From NCBI GenBank assembly GCA_963718235.1, contig CAVQYR010000001.1, forward strand, positions 800,001 to 864,000: a DNA stretch of 64,000 nucleotides. Reading direction: 5' to 3'. The translations under genes were made by a program, and so were the position numbers. This document shows, piece after piece, positions 33,061 through 41,880 of the stretch; the first letter of the stretch is position 1; each line of letters starts with the position of its first letter. This DNA is from an uncultured Actinomycetota bacterium (GTDB lineage Bacteria; Actinomycetota; Actinomycetes; JAHEKZ01). Under the pieces are notes generated by a model. That model saw nothing but the letters and a program-made list of their open reading frames with translations. It searched no databases and was not told where the DNA came from.

Positions 33061-34725
33061 ATGGGGACCGGAGGGCGCACGTCGACGTCGAGCGACCAGC
33101 GCCCCGACGCGGCGCGTCGGGACGTGATGGCTGCCCGCTTCCGTGCCCTCGCCGCCGTCGCCCGGGTGTCCACGACCGCGACCGGCTCCACGCTGCTTCG
33201 GGAGGTGGCCCAGGCGGCGCGTGAGGCGTTGGACGGCGCCTCGGTGTCGCTGTCGCGCTGGGAGCCGGAGAGCGGGCTGTTGCGCTGCCTGATCAACGAG
33301 GGAGACCTCGGGCCGACCGAGGTCCCCGAACCCGTCGACGAGACCTACTCGATGCTCGACTACCGGAACATGGCGGTCCTGATCGAGGACCAGGCCGCGC
33401 TCGTCGCCTCGGTCGACCAGGACGACGGCGACGGTGGGTACGTCCGCATGCTCACCGAGCTGCACAAGGGCAGCTGCGCCGCCGCCCCGATCCCGCTCGA
33501 CGGTCGGGTCTGGGGTGAGCTGTTCGTGACCCGCACGCTGGACCAGGCGCCGTTCACCGACTCCGACGGGGACCTCGCGGTCGCTGTGGCCGCCCAGGTC
33601 GGCGCCGCCATCGCCACGGCCGAGCACCTCGTGCGGGTGGAGCGGCTGGCCAGGACCGACCCGCTGACCGGGCTGGCCAACCGGCGGGCCGTCGACGACC
33701 GGCTCGACGAGGCCTTCGTGGCCTGGGCGGTGGACCAGGCGCCGGTCAGCCTGATCGTGTGCGACCTCAACGGGCTGAAGCGGCTCAACGACGACCAGGG
33801 CCACGAGGCCGGGGACCGGGCGCTGGTCCGCTTCGCCGGGCTGCTCAGCGAGACCGCCGCGTCACTGCCCGGTGCTCTTGCGGCGCGGCTGGGCGGTGAC
33901 GAGTTCTGCATCGTCGTGGGCGGGCTGTCGGCCGACGAGGTCGTCGCGGCCGCGGACCACTTGTGCCGAGCCGTCCAGCGCTCGCCGTTGGAGGGCGTCT
34001 CGTGCGGTGTCGCGTCCACCGGTGACGACGTCGGCGAGGTGACCGAGCGAGGTCGGCTGTTCCGCCTGGCCGACGCTGCGCAGTACCGCGCCAAGCGCAG
34101 CCGCTCGTCGCGGCCGGTCGTCGCCGGGCGCACCCTTCCCCCCGAGGCGGCGGTCGGTCTGGCCGAGCACCCGCTGCACGAGCGGCGCAGCTACCGCGGC
34201 CGCTCGTCACTCGACGGCAGCCGGCTGCTCGACCTGGGCCTGTCGTCCATGGACGACATGAAGGACCAGTTGGTCCGCACCCGTCTGGCCGCGCTCGGGG
34301 ACCTCGTCGGCCACCAGGTCGACGCGCTCGGCTGGTGGCTCTCGGTCAGCCCCGAGGGAGCCGACTACGTCGAGACGGTGCAGTTCGCGCTGTACCGGGT
34401 GCAGACGCCGGTAGCGGTCGGTTCCGGCGACCTCGGGGCGGTGGGGGCCCGGTTCCCGCTGACCGACTACCCGTTGACCCGCGAGCTGCTGCGAGGGGGC
34501 GGCGCGTGCGTCCACATCAGTGACCCGGGGGCCGACCCCTGCGAGGTCACCGTGCTGGACGGGATGGGGGCGGTGGCGATGGCCATCGTGGGAGCGACCG
34601 ACAGCGGGGGGACCTCATGGTTGCTGGAGGTGTTCGCCGACGAGATGAGCAGCTCGCTGTCCGACGTCCTGGCGGCGGTGCGGGCCTTGGCGGTCGTGGC
34701 GGTCACCGAGGCGAGTGGCGACTGA
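33061..34725 (+). CDS. GAF-GGDEF diguanylate cyclase with extra C-terminal domain (paralog 2)
   Basis: LINEG, VWGELFVTR, TDPLTGLANRR, DLNGLKRLND and ARLGGDEF. Confidence 0.92.
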   Translation: MGTGGRTSTSSDQRPDAARRDVMAARFRALAAVARVSTTATGSTLLREVAQAAREALDGASVSLSRWEPESGLLRCLINEGDLGPTEVPEPVDETYSMLDYRNMAVLIEDQAALVASVDQDDGDGGYVRMLTELHKGSCAAAPIPLDGRVWGELFVTRTLDQAPFTDSDGDLAVAVAAQVGAAIATAEHLVRVERLARTDPLTGLANRRAVDDRLDEAFVAWAVDQAPVSLIVCDLNGLKRLNDDQGHEAGDRALVRFAGLLSETAASLPGALAARLGGDEFCIVVGGLSADEVVAAADHLCRAVQRSPLEGVSCGVASTGDDVGEVTERGRLFRLADAAQYRAKRSRSSRPVVAGRTLPPEAAVGLAEHPLHERRSYRGRSSLDGSRLLDLGLSSMDDMKDQLVRTRLAALGDLVGHQVDALGWWLSVSPEGADYVETVQFALYRVQTPVAVGSGDLGAVGARFPLTDYPLTRELLRGGGACVHISDPGADPCEVTVLDGMGAVAMAIVGATDSGGTSWLLEVFADEMSSSLSDVLAAVRALAVVAVTEASGD

Positions 34726-34759
34726 GCCACCACGCGGTCGGTCCGACTAGCGTGCCCCC

Positions 34760-36226
34760 ATGGGCGGTGACGAGACCGTGATGCACCCACGGCTGACGGT
34801 GCGCGAGCGGCTGGCCCTGCTCGTCGATGCCGACACCTTCGTCGAGGACGGTGAGCTGGCCCACGCCCTCGAGCCGGGCTACCCGGCCGACGGTGTGGTC
34901 ACCGGGCGCGGGCTCGTCGACGGGCGTCCCGCCGTGGTCATCGCCAACGACCCGGCAGTGAAGGCGGGATCCTGGGGGGCCCGCACGGTGGAGAAGATGG
35001 TCCGGGCGACCGAGGGTGCGCTGCGTGACGAGCTCCCGGTGTTCTGGCTGATCGACTCCGCGGGGGCCCGGATCACCGACCAGGTCGCTATGTTCCCGGG
35101 ACGTCGGGGTGCCGGACGCATCTTCCACAACCAGGTGGCCCTGTCGGGCAAGGTGCCCCAGCTGTGCTGCCTCTTCGGTCCCAGCGCTGCGGGTGGTGCC
35201 TACATCCCCAGCTTCTGCGACTTCGTCGTCATGGTCGAGGACCGTGCCTCGATGTACCTGGGGAGTCCGCGGATGGCCGAGATGGTGATCGGAGAGACGG
35301 TCACCCTCCAGGAGATGGGCGGAGCCCGGATGCACGCCACGGTCAGCGGCTGCGGGGACAACCTCGCGGTCGACGACGAGGACGCGATCGAGCAGGCCCG
35401 ACTGGTGTTCTCCTACCTGCCGACGTGCTGGCGGGAGGACCCGCCGGACGCGCGGCCCGACCCGGCCGCGCGGGCGTTCGACGCGTCGATCGTCCCCCAC
35501 CGCGAGTCCCAGCCGTTCGACGTCCACGACGCCGTCGACGCGCTGGTCGACGCCGACAGCTTCTTCGAGGTCAAGCCGTTGTTCGCCGCCGAGCTCGTGA
35601 CCGGGTTCGCCCGGATCGAGGGCCAGGTGGTCGGGCTCGTGGCCAACAACAGCGCACAGAAGGGGGGCGTGCTGTTCGTCGACAGTGCCGACAAGGCCAC
35701 GCGGTTCATCACCTGGTGCGACGCCCTCAACGTGCCGTTGGTCTACCTGGCCGACGTTCCGGGATTCATGATCGGTCAGGAGGTCGAGCGGCAGGGCATC
35801 ATCCGGCACGGCGCCAAGATGGTCAGCGCCGTGGCCGAGGCGACGGTGCCGCAGGTCTGTGTGGTGCTCCGTAAGGCCTACGGCGCCGGTCTGTACGCGA
35901 TGGGTGGGCCCGGCTTCGGGCCGGACGCGACCCTCGCCCTGCCGACGGCTGTGATCGCCGTGATGGGGCCTGACGCCGCCGTCAACGCCGTCTACGCGAA
36001 GCGGATCGCGGCGATCGACGACGACGCGGAGCGGCAGGAGTTCATCGCGCAGCGGCGCACCGAGTACGTCGCTGACGTCGACCTGCTCCGGCTGGCCTCC
36101 GACCTGGTCGTCGACGCCGTCGTGCAGCCGGAGGCGCTGCGCCGTGAGGTGTCCCTGCGACTGGCCTACGCAGCCGGTCGATCCAGGCACTTCGCCGACA
36201 AGCGGCACGGGGTGCCGCCGGTATGA
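34760..36226 (+). CDS. second acyl-CoA carboxylase beta (carboxyltransferase) subunit
   Basis: DSAGARI, GPSAAGGAY, DVPGFMIG, RKAYGAG and the C-terminal KRHGVPPV. Confidence 0.92.
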   Translation: MGGDETVMHPRLTVRERLALLVDADTFVEDGELAHALEPGYPADGVVTGRGLVDGRPAVVIANDPAVKAGSWGARTVEKMVRATEGALRDELPVFWLIDSAGARITDQVAMFPGRRGAGRIFHNQVALSGKVPQLCCLFGPSAAGGAYIPSFCDFVVMVEDRASMYLGSPRMAEMVIGETVTLQEMGGARMHATVSGCGDNLAVDDEDAIEQARLVFSYLPTCWREDPPDARPDPAARAFDASIVPHRESQPFDVHDAVDALVDADSFFEVKPLFAAELVTGFARIEGQVVGLVANNSAQKGGVLFVDSADKATRFITWCDALNVPLVYLADVPGFMIGQEVERQGIIRHGAKMVSAVAEATVPQVCVVLRKAYGAGLYAMGGPGFGPDATLALPTAVIAVMGPDAAVNAVYAKRIAAIDDDAERQEFIAQRRTEYVADVDLLRLASDLVVDAVVQPEALRREVSLRLAYAAGRSRHFADKRHGVPPV

Positions 36227-36405
36227 CCGGGCCACGAGCGCTCGAGGTGGTGCGCGGCCAGGCCTCGGCCGACGACGTCAGCGCCTTGCACTCGGTGCTG
36301 CTCGCGACAGCGCCCTCGACCGACCCGTTGACCGCGTGGCGGGCTCGGCGTCGCGCCGCGCTGCGGGCCCACCCCGAGGCGCCGCCGGACCCGGGTCGCC
36401 GGTGA
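36223..36405 (+). CDS. small acyl-CoA carboxylase epsilon-like protein
   Basis: LEVVRGQASADDVSALHSVL...W resembles the epsilon motif. ATGA and GTGA overlaps couple it to both neighbours. Confidence 0.65.
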   Translation: MTGPRALEVVRGQASADDVSALHSVLLATAPSTDPLTAWRARRRAALRAHPEAPPDPGRR

Positions 36406-37163
36406 CCGACCAGGGGCTCGTAGGCGCCTCGTCGATGTGGACCTGTGTCGAGGAGGTGCCGACGACCGGCTCGACCAACGCCGACGTGAGGGCCCGGGCG
36501 GTGGACGGGGCCGACGAGGGCCTGGTCGTGTCCGCGGAGGAGCAGACCGCGGGTCGTGGACGCCTGGGGCGCCGCTGGACGGCGCCGGCCCGCAGCGGGC
36601 TGGCCGTCTCGGTGCTGCTGCGCCCCACCACCCGGCCGGCCGCGGAGTGGGGCTGGGTCCCCCTGCTGGTCGGGCTGGCGGCGGCCGACGCCGTGGCGTC
36701 GGTCTCGGGTCTCACGGTCGGGCTGAAGTGGCCCAACGACGTGTTGGTCGGCGAGCGCAAGGCCGGCGGAGTCCTGGTCGAGCGGGTCGAGACGGGCCGC
36801 GGCCCGGCCGCGGTCGCCGGCTTCGGGCTCAACGTCACGCTGCCGGAGTCGCAGCTGCCTGTGCCGACGGCCACCTCCTTGCTCGCCGAGGGGGCGACGG
36901 TCGACCGGCGCTCGCTGCTGCGCTCCTACCTCGCCGCGCTGGAGCTGCGCTACCGGGACTGGAGTGCTGGTGGCTCGGCTCGGGAGGAGTACCGACGTCA
37001 CTGCGTCACGCTCGGACGCAAGGTCCTGGTGCTGCTCCCGGGCGCCGCGGCGGACGTGGCCGGTGTGGCCGAGGACGTAGACGCGTCGGGTCGGCTGGTG
37101 GTCGCAGCGGCCACCGGAGCGCGGGTGGCGCTGTCGTCCGGCGAGGTGCAGCACGTCCGCTGA
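36402..37163 (+). CDS. birA: biotin--[acetyl-CoA-carboxylase] ligase
   Basis: GSTN, QTAGRGRLGRRW, LKWPND and KAGGVL motifs. No HTH domain (class I). Confidence 0.93.
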   Translation: MTDQGLVGASSMWTCVEEVPTTGSTNADVRARAVDGADEGLVVSAEEQTAGRGRLGRRWTAPARSGLAVSVLLRPTTRPAAEWGWVPLLVGLAAADAVASVSGLTVGLKWPNDVLVGERKAGGVLVERVETGRGPAAVAGFGLNVTLPESQLPVPTATSLLAEGATVDRRSLLRSYLAALELRYRDWSAGGSAREEYRRHCVTLGRKVLVLLPGAAADVAGVAEDVDASGRLVVAAATGARVALSSGEVQHVR

Positions 37164-37185
37164 CACCGCATGGAACGATGCAGCC

Positions 37186-37701
37186 GTGCCCTACCCGCAG
37201 AAGCTGCTCACCGAAGGTGAGCGGATCGAACGCGAGATGAGACCGCACTGGCGGATCCTGGTGATCCCGGTGACCGTGCTGTTCGTGGTGGTCTTCGTCA
37301 GCATGTACTCGATCTCCCGCTGGGCCGATGGAAAGCCGTGGCTGGGCTGGGCGATCGTCGCGGTCTCGCTCACCGTCCTCGTGGCCTGGGTCGTCGCCCC
37401 GGTCCTTCGCTGGGCGACCGCGCAGTACGTCCTGACCAACCGACGGATCATCGTGCGCAACGGGATCGTCGCGCGCCAGGGACGGGACATGCCCCTGGCG
37501 CGCGTCAATGACGTGCACTTCCGCTACACGGTGCTGGAGCGGATGCTCGGGTGCGGCACGCTGGTCGTGGAGTCGGCGGGTGAGAGCGGCCAGCTGGTGA
37601 TCGCTGCCGTCCCGCACGTCGAGCTGGTGCAGCGGGAGGTCTTCCGGCTGCACGAGCGCGACGACGAGCGGCGTCGCCGTGACGGGCGGACGTGGGAGTG
37701 A
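37186..37701 (+). CDS. membrane protein with bacterial PH domain
   Basis: RPHW, two TM segments, YVLTNRR, ERMLGCGTLVVESAG. Usual position after birA. Confidence 0.88.
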   Translation: MPYPQKLLTEGERIEREMRPHWRILVIPVTVLFVVVFVSMYSISRWADGKPWLGWAIVAVSLTVLVAWVVAPVLRWATAQYVLTNRRIIVRNGIVARQGRDMPLARVNDVHFRYTVLERMLGCGTLVVESAGESGQLVIAAVPHVELVQREVFRLHERDDERRRRDGRTWE

Positions 37702-39386
37702 CGGGCTCCCGGCAACAAGAGAGGCAACAAGGGGGGCAACAAGGGGGGCAACCCGGGGGGCAACAAGGGGGGCAACCCGGGGGGCACGACGAAGCAGTCG
37801 CGCGACTGGCCGCCCTGACCGACACGATCCGCGCGGTGGCCGACGCCCGTGGCAGCGACGACGTCCTGCTGGCGGCGGCGAGGGCGGCCCGGCTCGCCCT
37901 CGGCGGCGCCTCCGTGTCGGTCTCGCGGTGGGAGCGCGACCATGGACACGTCCGGACCGTCGTGAACGAGGGCGAGCGGGCGGAGTGGGAGCAGGAGCGC
38001 CCCGCCGATGAGGTGTACTCGGTGCGCAACGACCCCTCGATCGAGCGCCTGGTCACCGAGGGCGTCGGGTACCTGGCCCACGTGGGCACCGGCCGGGCCC
38101 CGCAGGTCGAGGCGCTGCTTGCCGGGTCCGGCAAGGCGAGCGCCGTGGACGTCCCCCTCTGGGTCGACGGCTCGGTGTGGGGGGACCTGTGGATCACCCG
38201 GACTGAGGAGCAGCCGCCGTTCACCCACTCAGACCTGGACTTCGCCCAGCTCCTGGCTGGGCAGATGGCCGCGGCCATCGCGGCGAGCCGCCGCTTCGCG
38301 CAGGTCGCCCAGCTCGCCTACACCGACGCGCTGACGGGCCTGGCGAACCGGCGCGCCGTGGACGAGCGGCTCGACGAGGTCGTCGCCGGACATCTGGACG
38401 ACGACCGGGTGGCGAGCCTCGTCGTGTGCGACGTCAACGGGCTCAAGCGGACCAACGACGAGCACGGGCACGACGCGGGGGATCGACTCCTCGTCCGGTT
38501 CGCCGGGCTGGTGAGCGCCGCTGCGGCGCTCGTCCCCGGAAGCCTTGCCGGTCGCCTCGGCGGCGACGAGTTCTGCATCGTGCTCGGCGGTGGCGACGCC
38601 GACGACGCGGTGGCCGTGGCGACCGACCTGTGTCGCAAGGCCGACCATGTCGTCCCCGACGGGATCGCCTGCGGCGTGGCGTCGACCCGCGACGACGTGG
38701 GGCCGGTCGACTCGGTCGGGAGGCTCTTCCGGCTGGCCGACGCCGCCCAGTACCGCGCCAAGCGCAGCGGGTCCCGCCGTCCGGTCGTCGCCGGGCGGAC
38801 GCTGCCGGTCGAGGCGACCCTGCGGGCCAGGTCCAGGTCCGGCCCGACCGACCGCCGCCGGGTCCGGGGCCGCGGGGCCACGGACCCGGCCCGGCTGCTC
38901 GGCGCGGGCGTCTCGGCCCTGGACGAGGCGACCGGGCGCCCGGCCCGGCAGCGGGTGGAGGTCGTGGCCGAGGCCGTGGCGCTGCAGGTCGAGGCGGCCG
39001 GCTGGTGGGTGTCCCGCAGCGACCCGGCGACCCGGGTGGTGCGAACCGTCAGCTACGCCCAGTACCGGTCGACGCTCCCCGAGGCGTCGCCGTTCGGCGC
39101 GGCCGGTGAGCTCGATGTCGAGTTCTCCCGCGACGACTATCCGCTGACCGACGCCGCCCTCTCCGGTGGCGCGTTCCTGGTCGAGGTCGACGACCCGTAC
39201 GCCGACCCGGCCGAGGTCGCCCTGGTCGACGGGTTCGGCTGCACCGCCCTGCTGTTCGCCGGAGGGGTCGACCCGGAGGGGACCGGCTGGCTCGTGGAGA
39301 TCTACGGCGACGAGCTGAGCCAGCCGATGCGCGACCAGTCACTCGTCCTGCGCGCGCTCGTCGCGCTCGCGCTCGCACCCCGGTGA
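37698..39386 (+). CDS. GAF-GGDEF diguanylate cyclase with extra C-terminal domain (paralog 3)
   Basis: VVNEG, VWGDLWITR, TDALTGLANRR, DVNGLKRTND and GRLGGDEF. GTGA overlap with the PH gene (alternative start 37692). Confidence 0.92.
   Translation: MTGSRQQERQQGGQQGGQPGGQQGGQPGGHDEAVARLAALTDTIRAVADARGSDDVLLAAARAARLALGGASVSVSRWERDHGHVRTVVNEGERAEWEQERPADEVYSVRNDPSIERLVTEGVGYLAHVGTGRAPQVEALLAGSGKASAVDVPLWVDGSVWGDLWITRTEEQPPFTHSDLDFAQLLAGQMAAAIAASRRFAQVAQLAYTDALTGLANRRAVDERLDEVVAGHLDDDRVASLVVCDVNGLKRTNDEHGHDAGDRLLVRFAGLVSAAAALVPGSLAGRLGGDEFCIVLGGGDADDAVAVATDLCRKADHVVPDGIACGVASTRDDVGPVDSVGRLFRLADAAQYRAKRSGSRRPVVAGRTLPVEATLRARSRSGPTDRRRVRGRGATDPARLLGAGVSALDEATGRPARQRVEVVAEAVALQVEAAGWWVSRSDPATRVVRTVSYAQYRSTLPEASPFGAAGELDVEFSRDDYPLTDAALSGGAFLVEVDDPYADPAEVALVDGFGCTALLFAGGVDPEGTGWLVEIYGDELSQPMRDQSLVLRALVALALAPR
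37711..37782 (+). repeat. 12-bp tandem repeat x6 (GGCAAC[AA/CC]GGGG) encoding Q(Q/P)GG
   Basis: Units start at 37711 (degenerate), 37723, 37735, 37747, 37759 and 37771, giving five G6 tracts spaced by 6 nt. Confidence 0.9.
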
Positions 39387-39409
39387 GCGCCGCGTCCTAC
39401 CATCGAGCC

Positions 39410-40084
39410 GTGCCCCAGGTACTGCTCGTCGAGGACGACGCCGCGATCGCCGAACCGCTGGCTCGGGCGCTGCGCCGCGAGGGCTACGACGTCGAAGTCG
39501 CCGGTACCGGACCGGTGGCCCTCGAGTGCGCGTCGACCGGGCAGACGGACCTGATGGTGCTCGACCTCGGGCTCCCCGAGATGGACGGGCTCGAGGTCTG
39601 TCGGCGGCTGCGGGCGCTGGGGAGCGACCTGCCGGTCCTGGTCCTGACGGCACGCACCGAGGAGCTGGACGCAGTGGTGGGGCTGGACGCGGGTGCCGAC
39701 GACTACGTCACCAAGCCGTTTCGGCTCAGCGAGCTGCTCGCCCGGGTCCGGGCCCTGCTGCGCCGCGGACTCGCCCCGGCCGACCACCTCGCGGTCCAGG
39801 ACGTCAGGATCGAGCGGTCGGCGCGACGCGCGTGGGTCGGGCAGGACGAGCTTGCGCTCACGAACAAGGAGTTCGACGTGCTCGCCGCCCTCGCCAGTCG
39901 GGCCGGTTCGGTCCTGACGCGTGAGGCACTGATGTGCGAGGTGTGGCAGACCGGCTGGGTGGGATCGACGAAGACGCTGGACATGCACGTCTCCTCGCTG
40001 CGCCGCAAGCTCGGGGACGACGTCACGGCTCCGCACTACATCAGCACGGTCCGCGGCGTCGGCTACCGGTTCGAGCAGGACTGA
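39410..40084 (+). CDS. OmpR-family response regulator
   Basis: LLVEDD, LDLGLP, DDYVTKPF and TVRGVGYRF motifs. TACCAT lies 6 nt before the GTG. Confidence 0.95.
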   Translation: MPQVLLVEDDAAIAEPLARALRREGYDVEVAGTGPVALECASTGQTDLMVLDLGLPEMDGLEVCRRLRALGSDLPVLVLTARTEELDAVVGLDAGADDYVTKPFRLSELLARVRALLRRGLAPADHLAVQDVRIERSARRAWVGQDELALTNKEFDVLAALASRAGSVLTREALMCEVWQTGWVGSTKTLDMHVSSLRRKLGDDVTAPHYISTVRGVGYRFEQD

Positions 40085-40085
40085 C

Positions 40086-41333
40086 GTGCGGCGGCGCTAC
40101 CTGCGCTCCACCCTGCTGATCGTGCTGGTGGGCATGTCGTTGCTCGCCGTGGTGATGGCGGTGGCGAGCAGCCGGGGGATCCGCGGTGAGGCCGAGGACC
40201 GGCTCGCCGCCGAGGCCGACCGGATCGCGACGACGGTCGGCACCCGGGTGGCCGCCGGGCTGCCGGTCGACCCCGACTTCGTCGACGAGCTGGTTCCTGC
40301 CGACCGATGGGTGCGTGTCACACTGACCGCCGGCCAGATGGTCGAAGCCGGTGAGCCGGTCGGTGCCGACGCGTTGTCGGCACGGGCGGCGGTGTCTCCG
40401 GCCGGTACCGGCTGGGTGTCCGTGCTGGAGAGCCCGGACCGGGTGCGCCAGAGCCAGCTGGTCTCGGCCCTGTCGATCCTGGCGATCGTGCTGGGCGTCG
40501 GTCTGCTGGCCACCGTCCTGGCGGTTCGCGAGTCGCGCCGACTGACCCGTCCGCTGGCCGACCTGGCCGACCGGGCCGCGCGGCTGGGGTCGGGGGACCT
40601 GCGGCCCAGCGGCCAGCGGTTCGGGGTGCCCGAGCTCGACCGGGTGGCCGAGGCGCTGGACGACAGTGCCGTCGAGCTGGGCGTCGCCGCCGAGGAGTCG
40701 CGCGCCCGGGTCGTCGACGCCTCCCACCAGCTGCGCACCCCGTTGACCGCGCTGTCGATCCGGCTGGAGGAGATCGGCCAGGCGCGTGACCTCGCTGCGA
40801 TCCAGGTCGAGGCGGGCGCGGCCCTCGAGCAGGTCGAGCGCCTGACCGGGGTCGTCGACGCGATGCTCGTCGCGTCCGGAGGCTCCGGCCGGGCCCGGCC
40901 GGAGACCGCCCTGGCGACCGTCCTGCGTCAGCAGGTGGGCGAGTGGTCGCCGTCCTACGCCGCGGTCGGTCGGGTACTGACCGCCGAGGGCCGCAGCGGT
41001 CTGGTCGTCCAGGGGTCACCCGGGGCGGTGAGCCAGATCCTGGCGACCCTGGTGGAGAACTCGCTGCTGCACGGGGCCGGGACCACGCGTCTCGTCGTGC
41101 GGCAGGCCGAGGGCGCGGTGGTGGTCGAGGTCGGTGACCAGGGGGACGGTGTGTCCGCCGCGTTGGCGCCGCACGTCTTCGAGCGATCGATCAGTGGTGG
41201 CGGCGGTAGCGGGGTGGGGCTGGCCGTCGCGCGGGCCATGGCGGAGTCGGTCGGAGGCCGGTTGGAGCTGACGACGCGCTCACCCGCCACGTTCTCGTTG
41301 TTCCTCCGACCGGTCAGCGGTTCCGTCCGCTGA
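40086..41333 (+). CDS. sensor histidine kinase (HAMP-HisKA-HATPase)
   Basis: Two TM segments, DASHQLRTPLT, LVENSLLHG, DQGDG and GSGVGLA. Confidence 0.93.
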   Translation: MRRRYLRSTLLIVLVGMSLLAVVMAVASSRGIRGEAEDRLAAEADRIATTVGTRVAAGLPVDPDFVDELVPADRWVRVTLTAGQMVEAGEPVGADALSARAAVSPAGTGWVSVLESPDRVRQSQLVSALSILAIVLGVGLLATVLAVRESRRLTRPLADLADRAARLGSGDLRPSGQRFGVPELDRVAEALDDSAVELGVAAEESRARVVDASHQLRTPLTALSIRLEEIGQARDLAAIQVEAGAALEQVERLTGVVDAMLVASGGSGRARPETALATVLRQQVGEWSPSYAAVGRVLTAEGRSGLVVQGSPGAVSQILATLVENSLLHGAGTTRLVVRQAEGAVVVEVGDQGDGVSAALAPHVFERSISGGGGSGVGLAVARAMAESVGGRLELTTRSPATFSLFLRPVSGSVR

Positions 41334-41786
41334 CCGCTCGGGGTGGGGAAACACCCAGGTGCGGTACGCGACGAACCGGAACAGGGTGCCCAGGGCCACC
41401 CCCACGAGGTTCGCTGAGATGTTGTCCGCCAGCGGCCCCCGCAGGTCCAGGACGTAGCGGGACACCGCCAGCGGGAGCAAGGTGATGCCGAGCGCCACCG
41501 CGTTGACCCCGAGGAACATCGCGTACTCCCTGAACACACCGCGACGGTCCCGGTCCCGGAAGGTCCACTGCCGGTTGCCGCCGTAGGCCACGACGGTGGC
41601 CAGCACCCCCGCGATCGTCTTCGCGGTCAGCGGCTTGTCGTGCAGCGGCCCCTCGCCGCCGCCGAAGACCAGCAGGTTGTAGGTGCCGACGTCGACGACG
41701 TAGGCGATGATGCCGACGGTGCCGAACTTCGCCAGCTCTGCGGTCAACCGACGCAGCGGGGTCGTCGAACCGGGGGGCAGGCTCAC
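41280..41786 (-). CDS. GtrA family membrane protein
   Basis: KFGTVG, NRQWTF and YRTWVF motifs with four TM segments. Usual position next to purK. Confidence 0.88.
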   Translation of the reverse strand: MSLPPGSTTPLRRLTAELAKFGTVGIIAYVVDVGTYNLLVFGGGEGPLHDKPLTAKTIAGVLATVVAYGGNRQWTFRDRDRRGVFREYAMFLGVNAVALGITLLPLAVSRYVLDLRGPLADNISANLVGVALGTLFRFVAYRTWVFPHPERSADGTADRSEEQRERGG

Positions 41787-41880
41787 GAACGGTGAGCGGA
41801 CGGCGACGACATGGGCTCAGGCTATCGGGCGCCAAGGCTCGGTCGACCGCCGCTTTGGACGGCCCGGGTAGTCTGCGCCG

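Noticed and set aside
37711-37782. Tandem repeat as a CRISPR array
   Set aside because: The 12-bp units have no unique spacers, lie inside a CDS, and no cas genes are present.
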